From NCBI GenBank assembly GCA_023137195.1, contig JAGLPV010000015.1:39168-103167 (forward strand): a DNA stretch of 64,000 nucleotides. Reading direction: 5' to 3'. Positions 48,757-59,573 of this stretch are shown here, one piece after another. The notes below the pieces were generated by a model. It did not search any database. It saw only the letters and a program-made list of their open reading frames with translations, and was not told the origin of the DNA. Position 1 is the first letter of the stretch, and each line of letters starts with the position of its first letter. The position numbers were made by a program, and so were the translations under genes. This DNA comes from Candidatus Aenigmatarchaeota archaeon (lineage in GTDB: Archaea; EX4484-52).

Positions 48757-49473
48757 TCAGGCATTTGTTTTTATGCTTTTGAAAGTTTTCACCTGATCGT
48801 AGATAAATATCAATGGATAGGTACTGCCATAAAATAAAATATATCTATAAAGTAGGTATTGTATTTCTATGCCGAATACAAAAGAAATGCAGATAGAGAA
48901 TACTAATACTATATTTAAAAATACCAAACCATAGAGACATTTGATACCGGAAGAGATAAGAGGAGTTTTTTTTGTTTTTAACTCAATTTTTAGTTTTTCC
49001 AGAGACTCACGCGATGCAAATATCATCATCTTTGTCGTAACTGCACTTAGACATAAAAACAAGATAGATAATTCATTGTAATACTTGTATAGCCCTAAAA
49101 AAAGACCTCCTATTATTACCGGGGTAACAACATAATGAGACACCAAATCAAGATATTCTCCTTTTACTGAGGTTTGCTTCCTGAAACGGGCAACTTCTCC
49201 ATCAACACTATCTGAAATATAATAGAGATTAAAAAAAATAAATGCAGATATGTAATTTTGAAAAAATAATGCAACTCCGGATAAAATACCGAAAATCATC
49301 GAGGAAAAGGTTACCTGATTAGCGGTGACATCAGTGTGTTTTACAAGAAAGCTAGAGATATATACTGAAACTTTTCGCGAGATATAAGTCGCGTAAAGTG
49401 TCTGGGGCGCAGTAATCTGACTGCGTATTTCTTTTATAGTATTTTTTTTTTTTGCTTTTGCCAAACTGTACAC
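48757..49473 (-). CDS. CDP-alcohol phosphatidyltransferase family protein
   Basis: TANQVT, DSVDGEVARFRKQTSVKGEYLD. Confidence 0.88.
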   Translation of the reverse strand: MYSLAKAKKKNTIKEIRSQITAPQTLYATYISRKVSVYISSFLVKHTDVTANQVTFSSMIFGILSGVALFFQNYISAFIFFNLYYISDSVDGEVARFRKQTSVKGEYLDLVSHYVVTPVIIGGLFLGLYKYYNELSILFLCLSAVTTKMMIFASRESLEKLKIELKTKKTPLISSGIKCLYGLVFLNIVLVFSICISFVFGIEIQYLLYRYILFYGSTYPLIFIYDQVKTFKSIKTNA

Positions 49474-49482
49474 CTTGCTATG

Positions 49483-50625
49483 TTATTTTCCGAATATATT
49501 AAATACTTTATCTGTATTTTTTTCCAAGTCATATTCTTCATATATTCTCTGCTTTGCTTTTCGTCCTAATTCTTTAGCTATCTCCTTATGTTTTAGCAAA
49601 TAAATAATTTTTTCTGCCATAATTTCCGGATTTTTTGGCTCAATTAAAATGCCGCAACTGTTGTTCATATAATAAGAAACACCGCCTGTGTTTGTCGCAA
49701 TGCATGGGATTCCCATCGCCATTGCCTCCATAAGTGATTTTGGAGAAGGATCATATCTTGAAGAACATATATAAATATCTGCTTTTTTTAAAACCCCTGC
49801 GACATTGCTTATTCTCCCCAGGTAATGCACTCCATTATCGCTTATTTTTTTGCATTCCTGCATTAGAGGTCCATCTCCGCAAATGATTAAATTCAAATCA
49901 GGGATTGTTTTTTTTGCTATTTTGTATGCTTTAATTAAGGTCATCGGGTCCTTCATCGGAACAATGCGCCCTACAAAAACAATAGAAGGTCCTCTTATTT
50001 TTTCATAAATTTTATGCAGTTTTATACTTTTATTAAATCCGTCTGTCCGGATTGCTTTTTTAATAGGCAAAATTTTTGACTTGTCTTTGATATATTTTTC
50101 AACAGCCGGGTCTCCCACAATAAAATAATCAACAAAATTTACAAGAAATTTTTCAAGAATCAATACAATGAGTGCCATGACTTTGTTTTTCTTTAATATT
50201 TCGTAAAAAGAATCGTCTCTCCTGTCCTCTTTGTAAATGGCATGCCAGAGATAATTATAATCCATTAGTATTTTCGTATTTGTAAGTTTATTCACCATAA
50301 AAACATTGGGTAAAACAGGACTCCTTATTGCTCGCAGATGCTGTATCTTGTATTTTTTTGCATAATGGGCAATTACAATCCAACCAAATAAAATGTAAAA
50401 TAATTTATTTTTAATAATTATATGAATGGCATTCTTTGGTAGGATGTGGCTATATTTTTTTTTATCGCACGAAAAAACAAATACTTTATCATATTTTTTT
50501 GAATATTTTTCAATTAAAAAAAATTCATTTATGCGGTTTATATCTCCACCATATATTTTCAGTGCCAGTTCCAATCCCCCATGATACCCGAAAATAAAGC
50601 CAGCCGTATTTGAATTTTTAATCAT
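49483..50625 (-). CDS. Glycosyltransferase family 4
   Basis: FVGRIVPMKD, ICGDG, EAMAMGIPCIATNTGG. Confidence 0.88.
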   Translation of the reverse strand: MIKNSNTAGFIFGYHGGLELALKIYGGDINRINEFFLIEKYSKKYDKVFVFSCDKKKYSHILPKNAIHIIIKNKLFYILFGWIVIAHYAKKYKIQHLRAIRSPVLPNVFMVNKLTNTKILMDYNYLWHAIYKEDRRDDSFYEILKKNKVMALIVLILEKFLVNFVDYFIVGDPAVEKYIKDKSKILPIKKAIRTDGFNKSIKLHKIYEKIRGPSIVFVGRIVPMKDPMTLIKAYKIAKKTIPDLNLIICGDGPLMQECKKISDNGVHYLGRISNVAGVLKKADIYICSSRYDPSPKSLMEAMAMGIPCIATNTGGVSYYMNNSCGILIEPKNPEIMAEKIIYLLKHKEIAKELGRKAKQRIYEEYDLEKNTDKVFNIFGK

Positions 50626-50656
50626 ATTTATAAAAATATATCAATTATTTATAGCT

Positions 50657-52504
50657 ATGTGCGGGATAAGCGGATTCAACTGGTGCGACAAAATCCTAGT
50701 AAAAAATATGAACAAATCTATAAAGCACAGGGGTCCGGATGGAGATGGTTTTTTTCTGGACGACAATATTAGTTTGGGTCATGTGAGATTGTCTATTCTT
50801 GATTTGTCTGAAAAAGGAAAACAGCCGATGAAGGACGAGGAAGGAGAACTCATTGTTACATTCAACGGCGAAATATATAATTTTGAGGAAATCAAAAAAA
50901 TACTTGAAAAAAAGGGCTATTCTTTTAACTCAGGCACAGATACTGAAGTGATAATATATGCTTACAAAGAATGGGGGACTAAGTGCGTAGAAAAATTCAA
51001 TGGGATGTGGGCGTTCTGCCTTTATGACTCTGCTAAAAAGAAACTATTCTTGTCTCGTGACAGGATGGGTAAGAAACCAATATACTACTATATTGATGAA
51101 GATAAATTCATATTCTGCTCTGAAATTAAAGGGATTTTAAAACATCCTGTAAAAAGAAAACTGAACAGGAATCAGCTTGCGACATATCTTACTTATCATT
51201 TTACTCCCGGAGAGGATACTTTGATTAAAAAAATAAAGAAAGTTCCTGCTTCGCACAATATGATTTTTGACTTAAAAACAAAAAAACTAAAACTGGAAAA
51301 GTACTGGGATATTGAAAAAGATGATATTAAATACGAAAATTTTGAAGAAGCAAAAGATAAACTGGATGAGTTATTGAATGATGCAGTTAAAAAACGCATC
51401 ATAAGTGATGTGCCTGTTGGAAGTTTCCTCTCGGGCGGACTGGATTCATCTATTGTTACGGCGATTTATTCAAAATATTATGATAAAGAAATGCACACCT
51501 TTTCCGTGGGGTTTGACGAGGGTATAGAAAACGAGTTTAAATATGCAAAAATAGTGGCAGACGAATTAGGAACAAACCATCATGAATTTATTGTGGATGG
51601 AGATATGTTTTCTAAAAGATTTGATGAAATGGTTTTGCATTATGATGATCCTCTTGCAGAAGCAGGATTCATCCCTAATTATTTCCTAAGCCAGTATGCG
51701 AAAAAATACGTCTCTGTTGCCTTGGCAGGAGAAGGTGGTGATGAGGTTTTTGCAGGGTATGAGTGGTATGGATTATTGAGATACACAAATATGATGTCAA
51801 AATTTCCTTTTAATTATTTCAAACCTATATTTTGCGACCTTGCAAAAATTATACCTCCTTCGAGAATGCTCAAGGGAGTGGAACTGCTTGCAAATGCCGG
51901 AAATTATGCGAAATCAAACTGCATAAATTTAAGTTTTTTTAGCCAGAACGAAATAAAAAACCTGATGACCTATAATGTGGATTATAATAAAGTGGTTGAG
52001 GCAGCAAATACGCATATAAAGAATTTTTCTTATCCCTTAAACCAGTTGCAGTATATTGATCAAAAGGTTTTGCTGACAGAATGTTTTAATATGAAGGCAG
52101 ACAAAGCCACCCTTGCTTTTGGACTGGAAGAGAGATGTCCGCTTCAGGATTACAGACTGGTTGAGTTTTCCTACCAGCTTCCTACAAACTTCAAATTAAA
52201 TGGGGGAAAAGAAAAATATATTTTAAAAGAAGTTGGGAAAAAATATCTGCCTCTGGAAATTGTGAATAGAAAAAAAAGAGGATATAATGTGCCTTATGAC
52301 TACTGGATAAATAAATTCATGAAATCTGAAGTTGTTGATACTCTGGACAATTCCTTGCTTGTAAAGAACAAGTTGATAAATAAAAATATTGTAGATTTGT
52401 ATTTGAAAAATATGGACAAAAACAGGCATTACTGCAAAAGGTCGTTTGGCTTGTTTGTGCTGGAGAAATACCTGGATGCTTATGGTGTTGAGGTTAAAGT
52501 ATGA
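50657..52504 (+). CDS. asnB: Asparagine synthase-type glutamine amidotransferase (glycan-locus AsnB)
   Basis: MCGI, HRGPD, FNGEIYN, LSGGLDSS, GEGGDE. Confidence 0.93.
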   Translation: MCGISGFNWCDKILVKNMNKSIKHRGPDGDGFFLDDNISLGHVRLSILDLSEKGKQPMKDEEGELIVTFNGEIYNFEEIKKILEKKGYSFNSGTDTEVIIYAYKEWGTKCVEKFNGMWAFCLYDSAKKKLFLSRDRMGKKPIYYYIDEDKFIFCSEIKGILKHPVKRKLNRNQLATYLTYHFTPGEDTLIKKIKKVPASHNMIFDLKTKKLKLEKYWDIEKDDIKYENFEEAKDKLDELLNDAVKKRIISDVPVGSFLSGGLDSSIVTAIYSKYYDKEMHTFSVGFDEGIENEFKYAKIVADELGTNHHEFIVDGDMFSKRFDEMVLHYDDPLAEAGFIPNYFLSQYAKKYVSVALAGEGGDEVFAGYEWYGLLRYTNMMSKFPFNYFKPIFCDLAKIIPPSRMLKGVELLANAGNYAKSNCINLSFFSQNEIKNLMTYNVDYNKVVEAANTHIKNFSYPLNQLQYIDQKVLLTECFNMKADKATLAFGLEERCPLQDYRLVEFSYQLPTNFKLNGGKEKYILKEVGKKYLPLEIVNRKKRGYNVPYDYWINKFMKSEVVDTLDNSLLVKNKLINKNIVDLYLKNMDKNRHYCKRSFGLFVLEKYLDAYGVEVKV

Positions 52505-52562
52505 AATTGGTAAAGAAAAAACGGCAGTTCATTCAAGACACCCTGGCGGAGATAGTACAATT

Positions 52563-53693
52563 ATGAAAAATATATTACTCTTGATAAAAAATAACCCTTG
52601 GATGATGTGTGGTGGTGCAGAAGTTTTTGTAAAGGAAATATCAAAAAGACTTTCAAAAAAATATAAAGTCTTTGTAGTTTGTGAGGGGACAACCACTGGA
52701 AGTGAAATAATAGACAATGTCCACGTAAATACATATAAAACCAGCAATATACCAAAAATTCGTGCATTGGAGAGTACATATAAACTATATAAAACCGCAA
52801 AATCAATTATAACCAAATATAATATTGATGTAATTAATTCACATATAGAATTTCCCACAGGATATATTGGATGTATCTTGGGGGAACAATACAACATAAT
52901 GTCTGTATTGTCTATTCATGGAGCCTACGGCTCTGCATACAATTCTTCAAGACATAATTTCATATACCGATATTTTATAAGAAAATGTATAAAAAAATCA
53001 AAAAGAATCCATACGGTAAGTAATTATTCCAAATCTATTTTAACCCATAGCTTTGATGGCATTAAAAATAAGATATTTGTGGTTTCTCCCGGGGTTGATG
53101 AAAAAACATTTGATTCAAAAAAATACAATAAGAAAAGAAAAGAATACAGCATCATATGTGTTTCAAGTTTTCATAAATTATTTACTCAAAAAAGACAGGA
53201 TTTATTACTATTTGCAGCCAAAAAACTCATCAAAAAATATCCAAAACTCTCGATTACATTTATAGGAAATGGAGATGCAACGCAATTAAAAAAATTATCT
53301 GAAAAATTAAATTTAACTAAGAACTTGGTTTTTTTAGGAAAATTAAAATCACATAGTGATGTCGCTAAAAAACTGTCTGAAACAAAGATATTTGCATTTC
53401 CAACCTTGTTTGAGTCATTTGGCATGGTTTCTCTTGAAGCTATGTCTACAGGCACAGTTCCCGTTGTACCAAAAATTCCGCCTTTTGATGAATATATGAC
53501 AGATAAAAAAGAAGGAATATTTGTAGAATTAAGTGTTGAAGGATTCTATGAAGGCATTGACTATTTATTTTCAAACGAAAAAATACTACTTGAACTTTCA
53601 AAAAATGCTATTTTAAAATCCAATCAATATAAATGGCAAAGAATTGTTAGAAAATATGAAAATATGTTGTTTTCTTGCAGGAGTTTAAAATAA
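52563..53693 (+). CDS. Glycosyltransferase family 4
   Basis: GGAE, ESFGMVSLEAMSTG; start probably ATG at 52563. Confidence 0.88.
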   Translation: MKNILLLIKNNPWMMCGGAEVFVKEISKRLSKKYKVFVVCEGTTTGSEIIDNVHVNTYKTSNIPKIRALESTYKLYKTAKSIITKYNIDVINSHIEFPTGYIGCILGEQYNIMSVLSIHGAYGSAYNSSRHNFIYRYFIRKCIKKSKRIHTVSNYSKSILTHSFDGIKNKIFVVSPGVDEKTFDSKKYNKKRKEYSIICVSSFHKLFTQKRQDLLLFAAKKLIKKYPKLSITFIGNGDATQLKKLSEKLNLTKNLVFLGKLKSHSDVAKKLSETKIFAFPTLFESFGMVSLEAMSTGTVPVVPKIPPFDEYMTDKKEGIFVELSVEGFYEGIDYLFSNEKILLELSKNAILKSNQYKWQRIVRKYENMLFSCRSLK

Positions 53694-53706
53694 TTTAAAT
53701 TTTAAA

Positions 53707-54180
53707 CCTTAACTCTGATTTTTAGGAAATATATTCAATCCGAGCAGTTCATCTAATTCTTTGACTTTTTTGGTACTTCGGTAATTATGTTTTTGTCTTC
53801 AATCTCCAGATTATACCCTTTGCTAAATTTTTGCAACAAATCAATCGGCGTTATCTTATGGTTTAATTTAGCTTTCTTCAGATTGTTTTCAATCATACGA
53901 TGGATATAAAGCGATAAGAAAGATATGAATACATGACCAAATGCCCTTTCATCATCCTACAGATATACTTTATCTGCATTAAGAACTGTTTTATATGTAT
54001 CGAACATTTTTTCTATATTCTCTCGTTTTTTGAAAAGATAAAATATCTCTTTTGGTTCACTGTCCATATTGGATAAAATCATTATCTTCCCTGTTCTTTT
54101 CATCAATCTGTTTTTTAGTTATTTTTTCATCCTCTAACTTGCCACATAATGTTTTTTTATCTAATCTTTTTTTTCCACAC
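53707..54180 (-). pseudogene. Degraded transposase 3' remnant (IS1634/IS4-like) with terminal sequence
   Basis: Hand translation RENIEKMFDTYKTVLNADKVYL*DDERAFGHVFISFLSLYI with an in-frame stop and frameshifts; CCTTAACTC end at 53707. Confidence 0.75.
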
Positions 54181-54381
54181 CGTATCAGCCATTTAGGGTA
54201 TATTATGTAATTATTAAAATGTATAGTTGCTCAGGGCATTAGGGAAAAATAGTGGTCTGGACATTAGTGTTTTAGAGCAGATTTTGAAGAGAATGTGTGC
54301 TATTTAAAAAATATTCTATTGGTCATAAAAATTCTTGTGGTTGGCAGACTAAGAGTTATCAGAACTATTTTTGTTTTGTTT

Positions 54382-55146
54382 TTAAAAATCACAATTTTTA
54401 CAGATATTTATTTTTTTTCTGCCGCCTTTCATCTTTAATATTTCTCTATATTTCTTAAATTTATCATTGTTCCATATTTTTAATATAGGTTCATCTTTGA
54501 CATTTCCAAAAACATATTTTTCATAATAATCATTGCAACATAACAAAACATTACCTTTCCAATTAACAACTAATTGATTGGAAGGGCGCAAACAAACTTC
54601 ATCTATTTTTTTGTTTTCCTTGTCAAACAACGCACCTGCCCTGTTTGCAATATGCATATCCTTTACTGTTCGGTAAATAACATGATTAGGATATTTTTGA
54701 GATAATTTTAAGATGTCTTTCTTCTCTAAATTGTCATAATTTGTAACAAGAACTTTATCCAATCCATTTTTTATTAATTTTTTTAACAATTTTTCTGTCA
54801 AATAATCTCCATTAGAATTGACCCTAATACAGGCATAAGGGCATTTTTTTCTTGCATAAGATATAAACTTTTCCAGTCTCTTATCCAACAAAGGTTCGCC
54901 GTAAAAATAAGGAGATATTCTGCCAGCATAATTTATATCAGATAATTCATCAATTATCTTATAATACACCTCTTCTTTCATTATTCCTTTATCTCTGTTG
55001 GGAAAAGAGTTGTTGTTGAAGCAGAAGTTACATTCCCTATTACAATGTCCGTAAGTTTCAATGTTTGTTGAGTTAAACAATCCTAAAACCTTGTTCTGAT
55101 AATGTCTCAATAACTTGCCTTTGATTTTTTTGAATAGAGGATACAT
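54382..55146 (-). CDS. Radical SAM/SPASM domain protein (glycan-locus type)
   Basis: CNRECNFC, YGEPLLD, CLRP...GNVLLCCND, CKNC. Confidence 0.88.
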   Translation of the reverse strand: MYPLFKKIKGKLLRHYQNKVLGLFNSTNIETYGHCNRECNFCFNNNSFPNRDKGIMKEEVYYKIIDELSDINYAGRISPYFYGEPLLDKRLEKFISYARKKCPYACIRVNSNGDYLTEKLLKKLIKNGLDKVLVTNYDNLEKKDILKLSQKYPNHVIYRTVKDMHIANRAGALFDKENKKIDEVCLRPSNQLVVNWKGNVLLCCNDYYEKYVFGNVKDEPILKIWNNDKFKKYREILKMKGGRKKINICKNCDF

Positions 55147-55147
55147 A

Positions 55148-55771
55148 TTATTTTTTTAAGATAGATGAAAGAAACTTGATTTGTTTGTTTTTTAGAGTGT
55201 TAAGTTTCTTTTTATCTAAGGAAACTGGTTTTTTCTTCATTTCTTTCATCTTTATGCTTTTTTTTTCAAAGAGCGCTTCTCTCTTCTCTTTCAGATATTT
55301 TTTTGAGTATTTTCTAGGATTATGATGAGTATTTATTATTGTTGTATTTTTCGGAACAATGCAGGAATCCGGATGCTTATTAAAATTATGTGTTTCTGTG
55401 GATTTTAAATCAAGAAGGATTGGTTTGAAGTATTCGTTTAAAAAAAAAGCACAATCTACCCCATTGTACGAATTAATAATTTTTAAGAAATTACAATATT
55501 CTCTTATTTCATTTTCACTATATTTATCTCCACATCCATTTATGATAATTTCAACTCCTTTTTTTTTCAGGACAAGTATTTCTTTTTTGTATCTCTCGAA
55601 TTGCCATTTTTTATTATTTTCTGTGTATGAAAGCCATATCGAATAAGAAGAAGTAAAATTAAATTCTGCCTCAGGGCAGGTTTGTCTTGTTAAACCCATA
55701 GACCCAAAGTCGAGAAAAGCATTTCCTGTATTAGTAACCCAACACCCAGGCATAAAAGTAATTTTTGTCAT
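55148..55771 (-). pseudogene. Internally deleted polysaccharide pyruvyl-transferase-like gene
   Basis: TNTGNAFLDFG N-terminus and GVDCAFF motif, but only 207 aa with apparently missing segments. Confidence 0.45.
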
Positions 55772-55778
55772 TTTATCT

Positions 55779-56451
55779 TTATTTATTTGTACTTAATCTT
55801 TTTAAAATTATAAAATAGCCTCCTTGGTATTTTTCTAATTTAGGATTTTTTTAACAAATTCGAAATCATCTAATCTTGCCAAAATGTCCAATAAGGAGTA
55901 ACATAAATAAAAAACAACTTCAATCCGCGTGGCATTGATTTTATTAGATTCTTCCATCCATCTGCAGTTACAGTAAAATATCTCTCCATTATCTCAAAAT
56001 GTTTTATTAATAAGCCCGCTTTTTTTAATTCTTTTTCCCATTTAGATTTCGTCCATCTTTGAAAATCATAAGGGTCAGCATGAATAGGGAATAAAAAAAG
56101 AACAGAGAGAATCATTATGCCGTTTTTTTAAAACTCTATGACATTCTTTCAAACCTTTTTCTGGATACTCTACATGTTCAAAAAGTTCAATAGCATTTAC
56201 AACATCAATGCTTTGGGTTTTTATTTTGTTCATATCACAAACATCCAACACAATATCCGGATTGTTCTCTTTTACGATGTCTGCATAAATCCATTTTTCA
56301 ACTTTTTCTTTTGGCTTTTCAATCTTACCTACATCTCGTCCCCCAATATCTAAGACAATACATTTATAGTAATGTTCATTCTCCTCTAGACTAGAAGTCT
56401 ATCTAGAATTTTTCTTCTATATGTGGCCCACAGATAATATTTTAAAAACAT
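55779..56451 (-). pseudogene. Frameshifted class I SAM methyltransferase
   Basis: Fragments VLDIGG, ELFEHVEYP...ECHRV, FPIHADPYDFQRWT, YQGGYFII lie in different frames. Confidence 0.75.
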
Positions 56452-56458
56452 AATTTTC

Positions 56459-57514
56459 TTATTTTTTTATTAATCGCTCAATTTTACTTAGAGCAGTTCT
56501 TATCAAGATCATTATTTTAATTTTATAAAAGTTACATTCTCTGAAAAAAGTTATTTGTTTTGGACTATATTTTTTATCTTTTTTGTCATTGTAAATTTTT
56601 TTTATAAAAGCATAGTAAGATTCGCCAACTTCATTAATAGAATATTTTGGTATTTTTGAAGTGTAATAAATATAATTTTGAGATACTTTTTCAATTTTAG
56701 CAAATATGTCCTTTTCCCCCTCAAATAGTACCCCTCCCTTTTTAACTAATTCAGGATGTCCTCCATCATTTCTTACTATGGCAGGCAGACCGCAACTCAA
56801 TGCTTCGATCAGACTATTAGAGCAAGGATCATTTTTACTGGCAGTAAGATATATGTCCTGTTGCTTTAAAATTTCTGCCAATTTTTTTGAAGGAACTGGC
56901 TTTATCCATTTGATATTTTTAAATTTTATAGGTGACTCTCCGACAAATATCATTTCATATTTAGAAAAATCAAGGTTTTCATCCAGATACTGATATATGT
57001 CAAATCCTTTGCTTTCAATAGGAGCCCATGCGGTGGCAATTATTTTTATTTTCTTTGCGTTGAACCTGCTCTTATTCTTGTTATTGAATAAGTGGGGATT
57101 TGGTGCATTCATTATTATTGCCTCACGATTGCTTTTTTTCATTCCTTCCTCGTAATTTTTTTTCCTGCTCCATTTGGACTGGAATATATTTGCATCAGCG
57201 AAAAGTTTATTAAAATCATAAATAATTTTATCTGTTATTTTTATTTTTTTTGTATATAAAAATACGGGTCCATCTATTCTGTGTATTAAAATCTTATCTG
57301 AATATCTCTTTTTTAGTCTAAATACTTCGCTAAGGCAATGATGGCTGTTAAACAAGATTATGTCTGCCTCTTCTGGTTTTTCTGAATAAATCCCTATTTC
57401 GTTAAAATAATCTCTAAGAGCTTTTAAAAACTGGTTGCCTCCACCATATGGTCCCTCTATAAATTTAAACAATATATGTATCTTGAAGTCATTGTGTTTT
57501 TTTATACGCCTCAT
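56459..57514 (-). CDS. Glycosyltransferase family 4-like
   Basis: PYGGGNQF, HRIDGP, DPCSNSLIEALSCGLP, GGHPELV. Confidence 0.85.
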   Translation of the reverse strand: MRRIKKHNDFKIHILFKFIEGPYGGGNQFLKALRDYFNEIGIYSEKPEEADIILFNSHHCLSEVFRLKKRYSDKILIHRIDGPVFLYTKKIKITDKIIYDFNKLFADANIFQSKWSRKKNYEEGMKKSNREAIIMNAPNPHLFNNKNKSRFNAKKIKIIATAWAPIESKGFDIYQYLDENLDFSKYEMIFVGESPIKFKNIKWIKPVPSKKLAEILKQQDIYLTASKNDPCSNSLIEALSCGLPAIVRNDGGHPELVKKGGVLFEGEKDIFAKIEKVSQNYIYYTSKIPKYSINEVGESYYAFIKKIYNDKKDKKYSPKQITFFRECNFYKIKIMILIRTALSKIERLIKK

Positions 57515-57565
57515 ATTTCTTTCTTGTACCGGATAAGTATTTAATACTTATTGCAGCATACCCTT

Positions 57566-59059
57566 ATGAAACTATTGTTTGTATTTAGCGGTCATTTTAC
57601 TTTTTTTTCCCATTTGCTTGCAAAAACATTACAAGACAAATATAAAATTAAGGATATCTGTGGAATTGTAATTGGTGGAGAAAAGTATTATAATTTTTTG
57701 AAAAATCAAAAAGAAGTGAATTATAAATTTTTGTATAATGCAAATGATTCTTTTAAAGACTATAAAAAAGAAAAAATTGACTACAAATATATCTCATCTA
57801 TTGAAAAAAAATACGGCACGCCTACTTTCTGGTCTTCTTTTTACGTGGACAGAAATTTTATAGATTATAATCACTTTGATTACCCTCACAACAAATATAG
57901 TCATGAAGAAATATTGCAGTTTTTCCAGTATAATTTTAAATTAGTATTTAATGTATTGGAAAAAACAAAGCCGGATTATATAATTAGCGAAATAGGATTT
58001 ATGCCCGAATACATATTGTATTCTATTGCAAAACAAAAAAAAATACCTTTTTACTTTCCTCGTTATCCCTTGCGCGTAAATAACCGAATGATAGGAAACT
58101 ACCCGAACCCCGAAGACAAGTATGATTCATTGACAAAAATATTCAGAAAATTATTAAAAAATCAGGTTAAGATTGATAAAACACAAGCCATCAAATATTT
58201 AAATGATTTTAGAAAGAATACTACCACTACTGTCCCGAAAAATAATAAAGAAAGAATAACACAAAGCAGAGAATATATTACTTTGTTTAATTTTCTTCAA
58301 AGAACATTCAAATACATGTATAATTATTTTTATGGAGAATATAAATACGACCCCCTAAGAAAACGACCTTTAACAAAAACAGCAAAATATATTTTTAATC
58401 TAAAATTCGGACCATACGTGGTACGAAAATTGAACGTTTTTGAAAAACCAGCCTACAATGAAAAATATATATTATTTCCCTTGCATAGCCAACCGGATAT
58501 TTCAACATTGGTTCTTGGACAATATTATTTAAACCAAGTTGCATTAATTGAAAATATTGCAAAAAGTATGCCTATTTGTTATAAATTGTATGTGAAAGAA
58601 CACCCAACTACGATTGGAATCAGATCGATGTCTTTTTATAAAAGACTTAAAAATATACCGAATGTTAAATTAATAGATTCTAAAATATCTATGCGCGATT
58701 TAATTAAACATAGCAAACTCGTTACAACTATTTCCGGTACTGGTGGATGGGAAGCAATTATGTTAAAAAAACCAGTAATCACATTTGGTGATTGTTTTTA
58801 TAATGAATTAGATATGGTTAAAAAATGCAGAGATATTACTCAATTACCTTCTATAATACAAGATTTACTTTATGGTTATAATCATGATGAAGAAAAATTA
58901 ATTAAATTCCTGAGTGCAATATTTAAAACATCTTATCATTTTTCCTTAAATAGATATATGAACATTGAAGAATATAATAAAAATAAAGAAAAAATATTAA
59001 ATCATCCTGATTTTAAAAATGTGATGAATGTGCTTACGTCTGAGTTGAAAATCAATTGA
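57566..59059 (+). CDS. Capsule polysaccharide biosynthesis protein (KpsS/Capsule_synth-like)
   Basis: FPLHSQPD, VKEHP, TISGTGGWEA...KPVITFG..FY. Confidence 0.78.
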   Translation: MKLLFVFSGHFTFFSHLLAKTLQDKYKIKDICGIVIGGEKYYNFLKNQKEVNYKFLYNANDSFKDYKKEKIDYKYISSIEKKYGTPTFWSSFYVDRNFIDYNHFDYPHNKYSHEEILQFFQYNFKLVFNVLEKTKPDYIISEIGFMPEYILYSIAKQKKIPFYFPRYPLRVNNRMIGNYPNPEDKYDSLTKIFRKLLKNQVKIDKTQAIKYLNDFRKNTTTTVPKNNKERITQSREYITLFNFLQRTFKYMYNYFYGEYKYDPLRKRPLTKTAKYIFNLKFGPYVVRKLNVFEKPAYNEKYILFPLHSQPDISTLVLGQYYLNQVALIENIAKSMPICYKLYVKEHPTTIGIRSMSFYKRLKNIPNVKLIDSKISMRDLIKHSKLVTTISGTGGWEAIMLKKPVITFGDCFYNELDMVKKCRDITQLPSIIQDLLYGYNHDEEKLIKFLSAIFKTSYHFSLNRYMNIEEYNKNKEKILNHPDFKNVMNVLTSELKIN

Positions 59060-59119
59060 TATGTCGCTAAACCGTTTTATATTTGATTAAACTTAAAAAG
59101 TTTGTTGAATATCAATATT

Positions 59120-59320
59120 ATGAATTCTGGAGAAAATACATGCATTAAAAGTACTGGTGAAAAAATTGGTTTTATCACAGGATATTTTATATTCACTACG
59201 GTTTTATACTACGTATTGTTGTTTTTAAATAAACTTCCCGCAACATGGACTTATATAAATATAATGTTCATCACATTAATTGTTGTTTTGACCGGAGTGG
59301 GCTTAAAGAGGATACTATGA
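59120..59320 (+). CDS. Small two-TM membrane protein
   Basis: Hydrophobic ORF overlapping the next gene by ATGA. Confidence 0.6.
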   Translation: MNSGENTCIKSTGEKIGFITGYFIFTTVLYYVLLFLNKLPATWTYINIMFITLIVVLTGVGLKRIL

Positions 59321-59565
59321 ATAAAATAAATGCATTTTTAAAAGAATTTAAAACGGGACTTGGTCTTTTTGGACAGAATATTGCCTTGTTTGTCAATTCT
59401 TTTTTATTGTTTGTTGTTTATTTAACCGGAGTTGGATTTACATGGATTTTTGCAAAACTAGTAGGAAAATGCTTTTTAGATATAAAACACGAAAAAACCA
59501 ATACTTATTGGGATGATTTAAATTTAAAAACCAAACCAGAAAAAGAATATTACCGACAATTTTAG
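59317..59565 (+). CDS. SxtJ-like membrane protein
   Basis: VNSFLLFVVY...GK..LD...TYW...YYRQF signature; directly upstream of the carbamoyltransferase. Confidence 0.75.
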   Translation: MNKINAFLKEFKTGLGLFGQNIALFVNSFLLFVVYLTGVGFTWIFAKLVGKCFLDIKHEKTNTYWDDLNLKTKPEKEYYRQF

Positions 59566-59573
59566 AGGATAAT

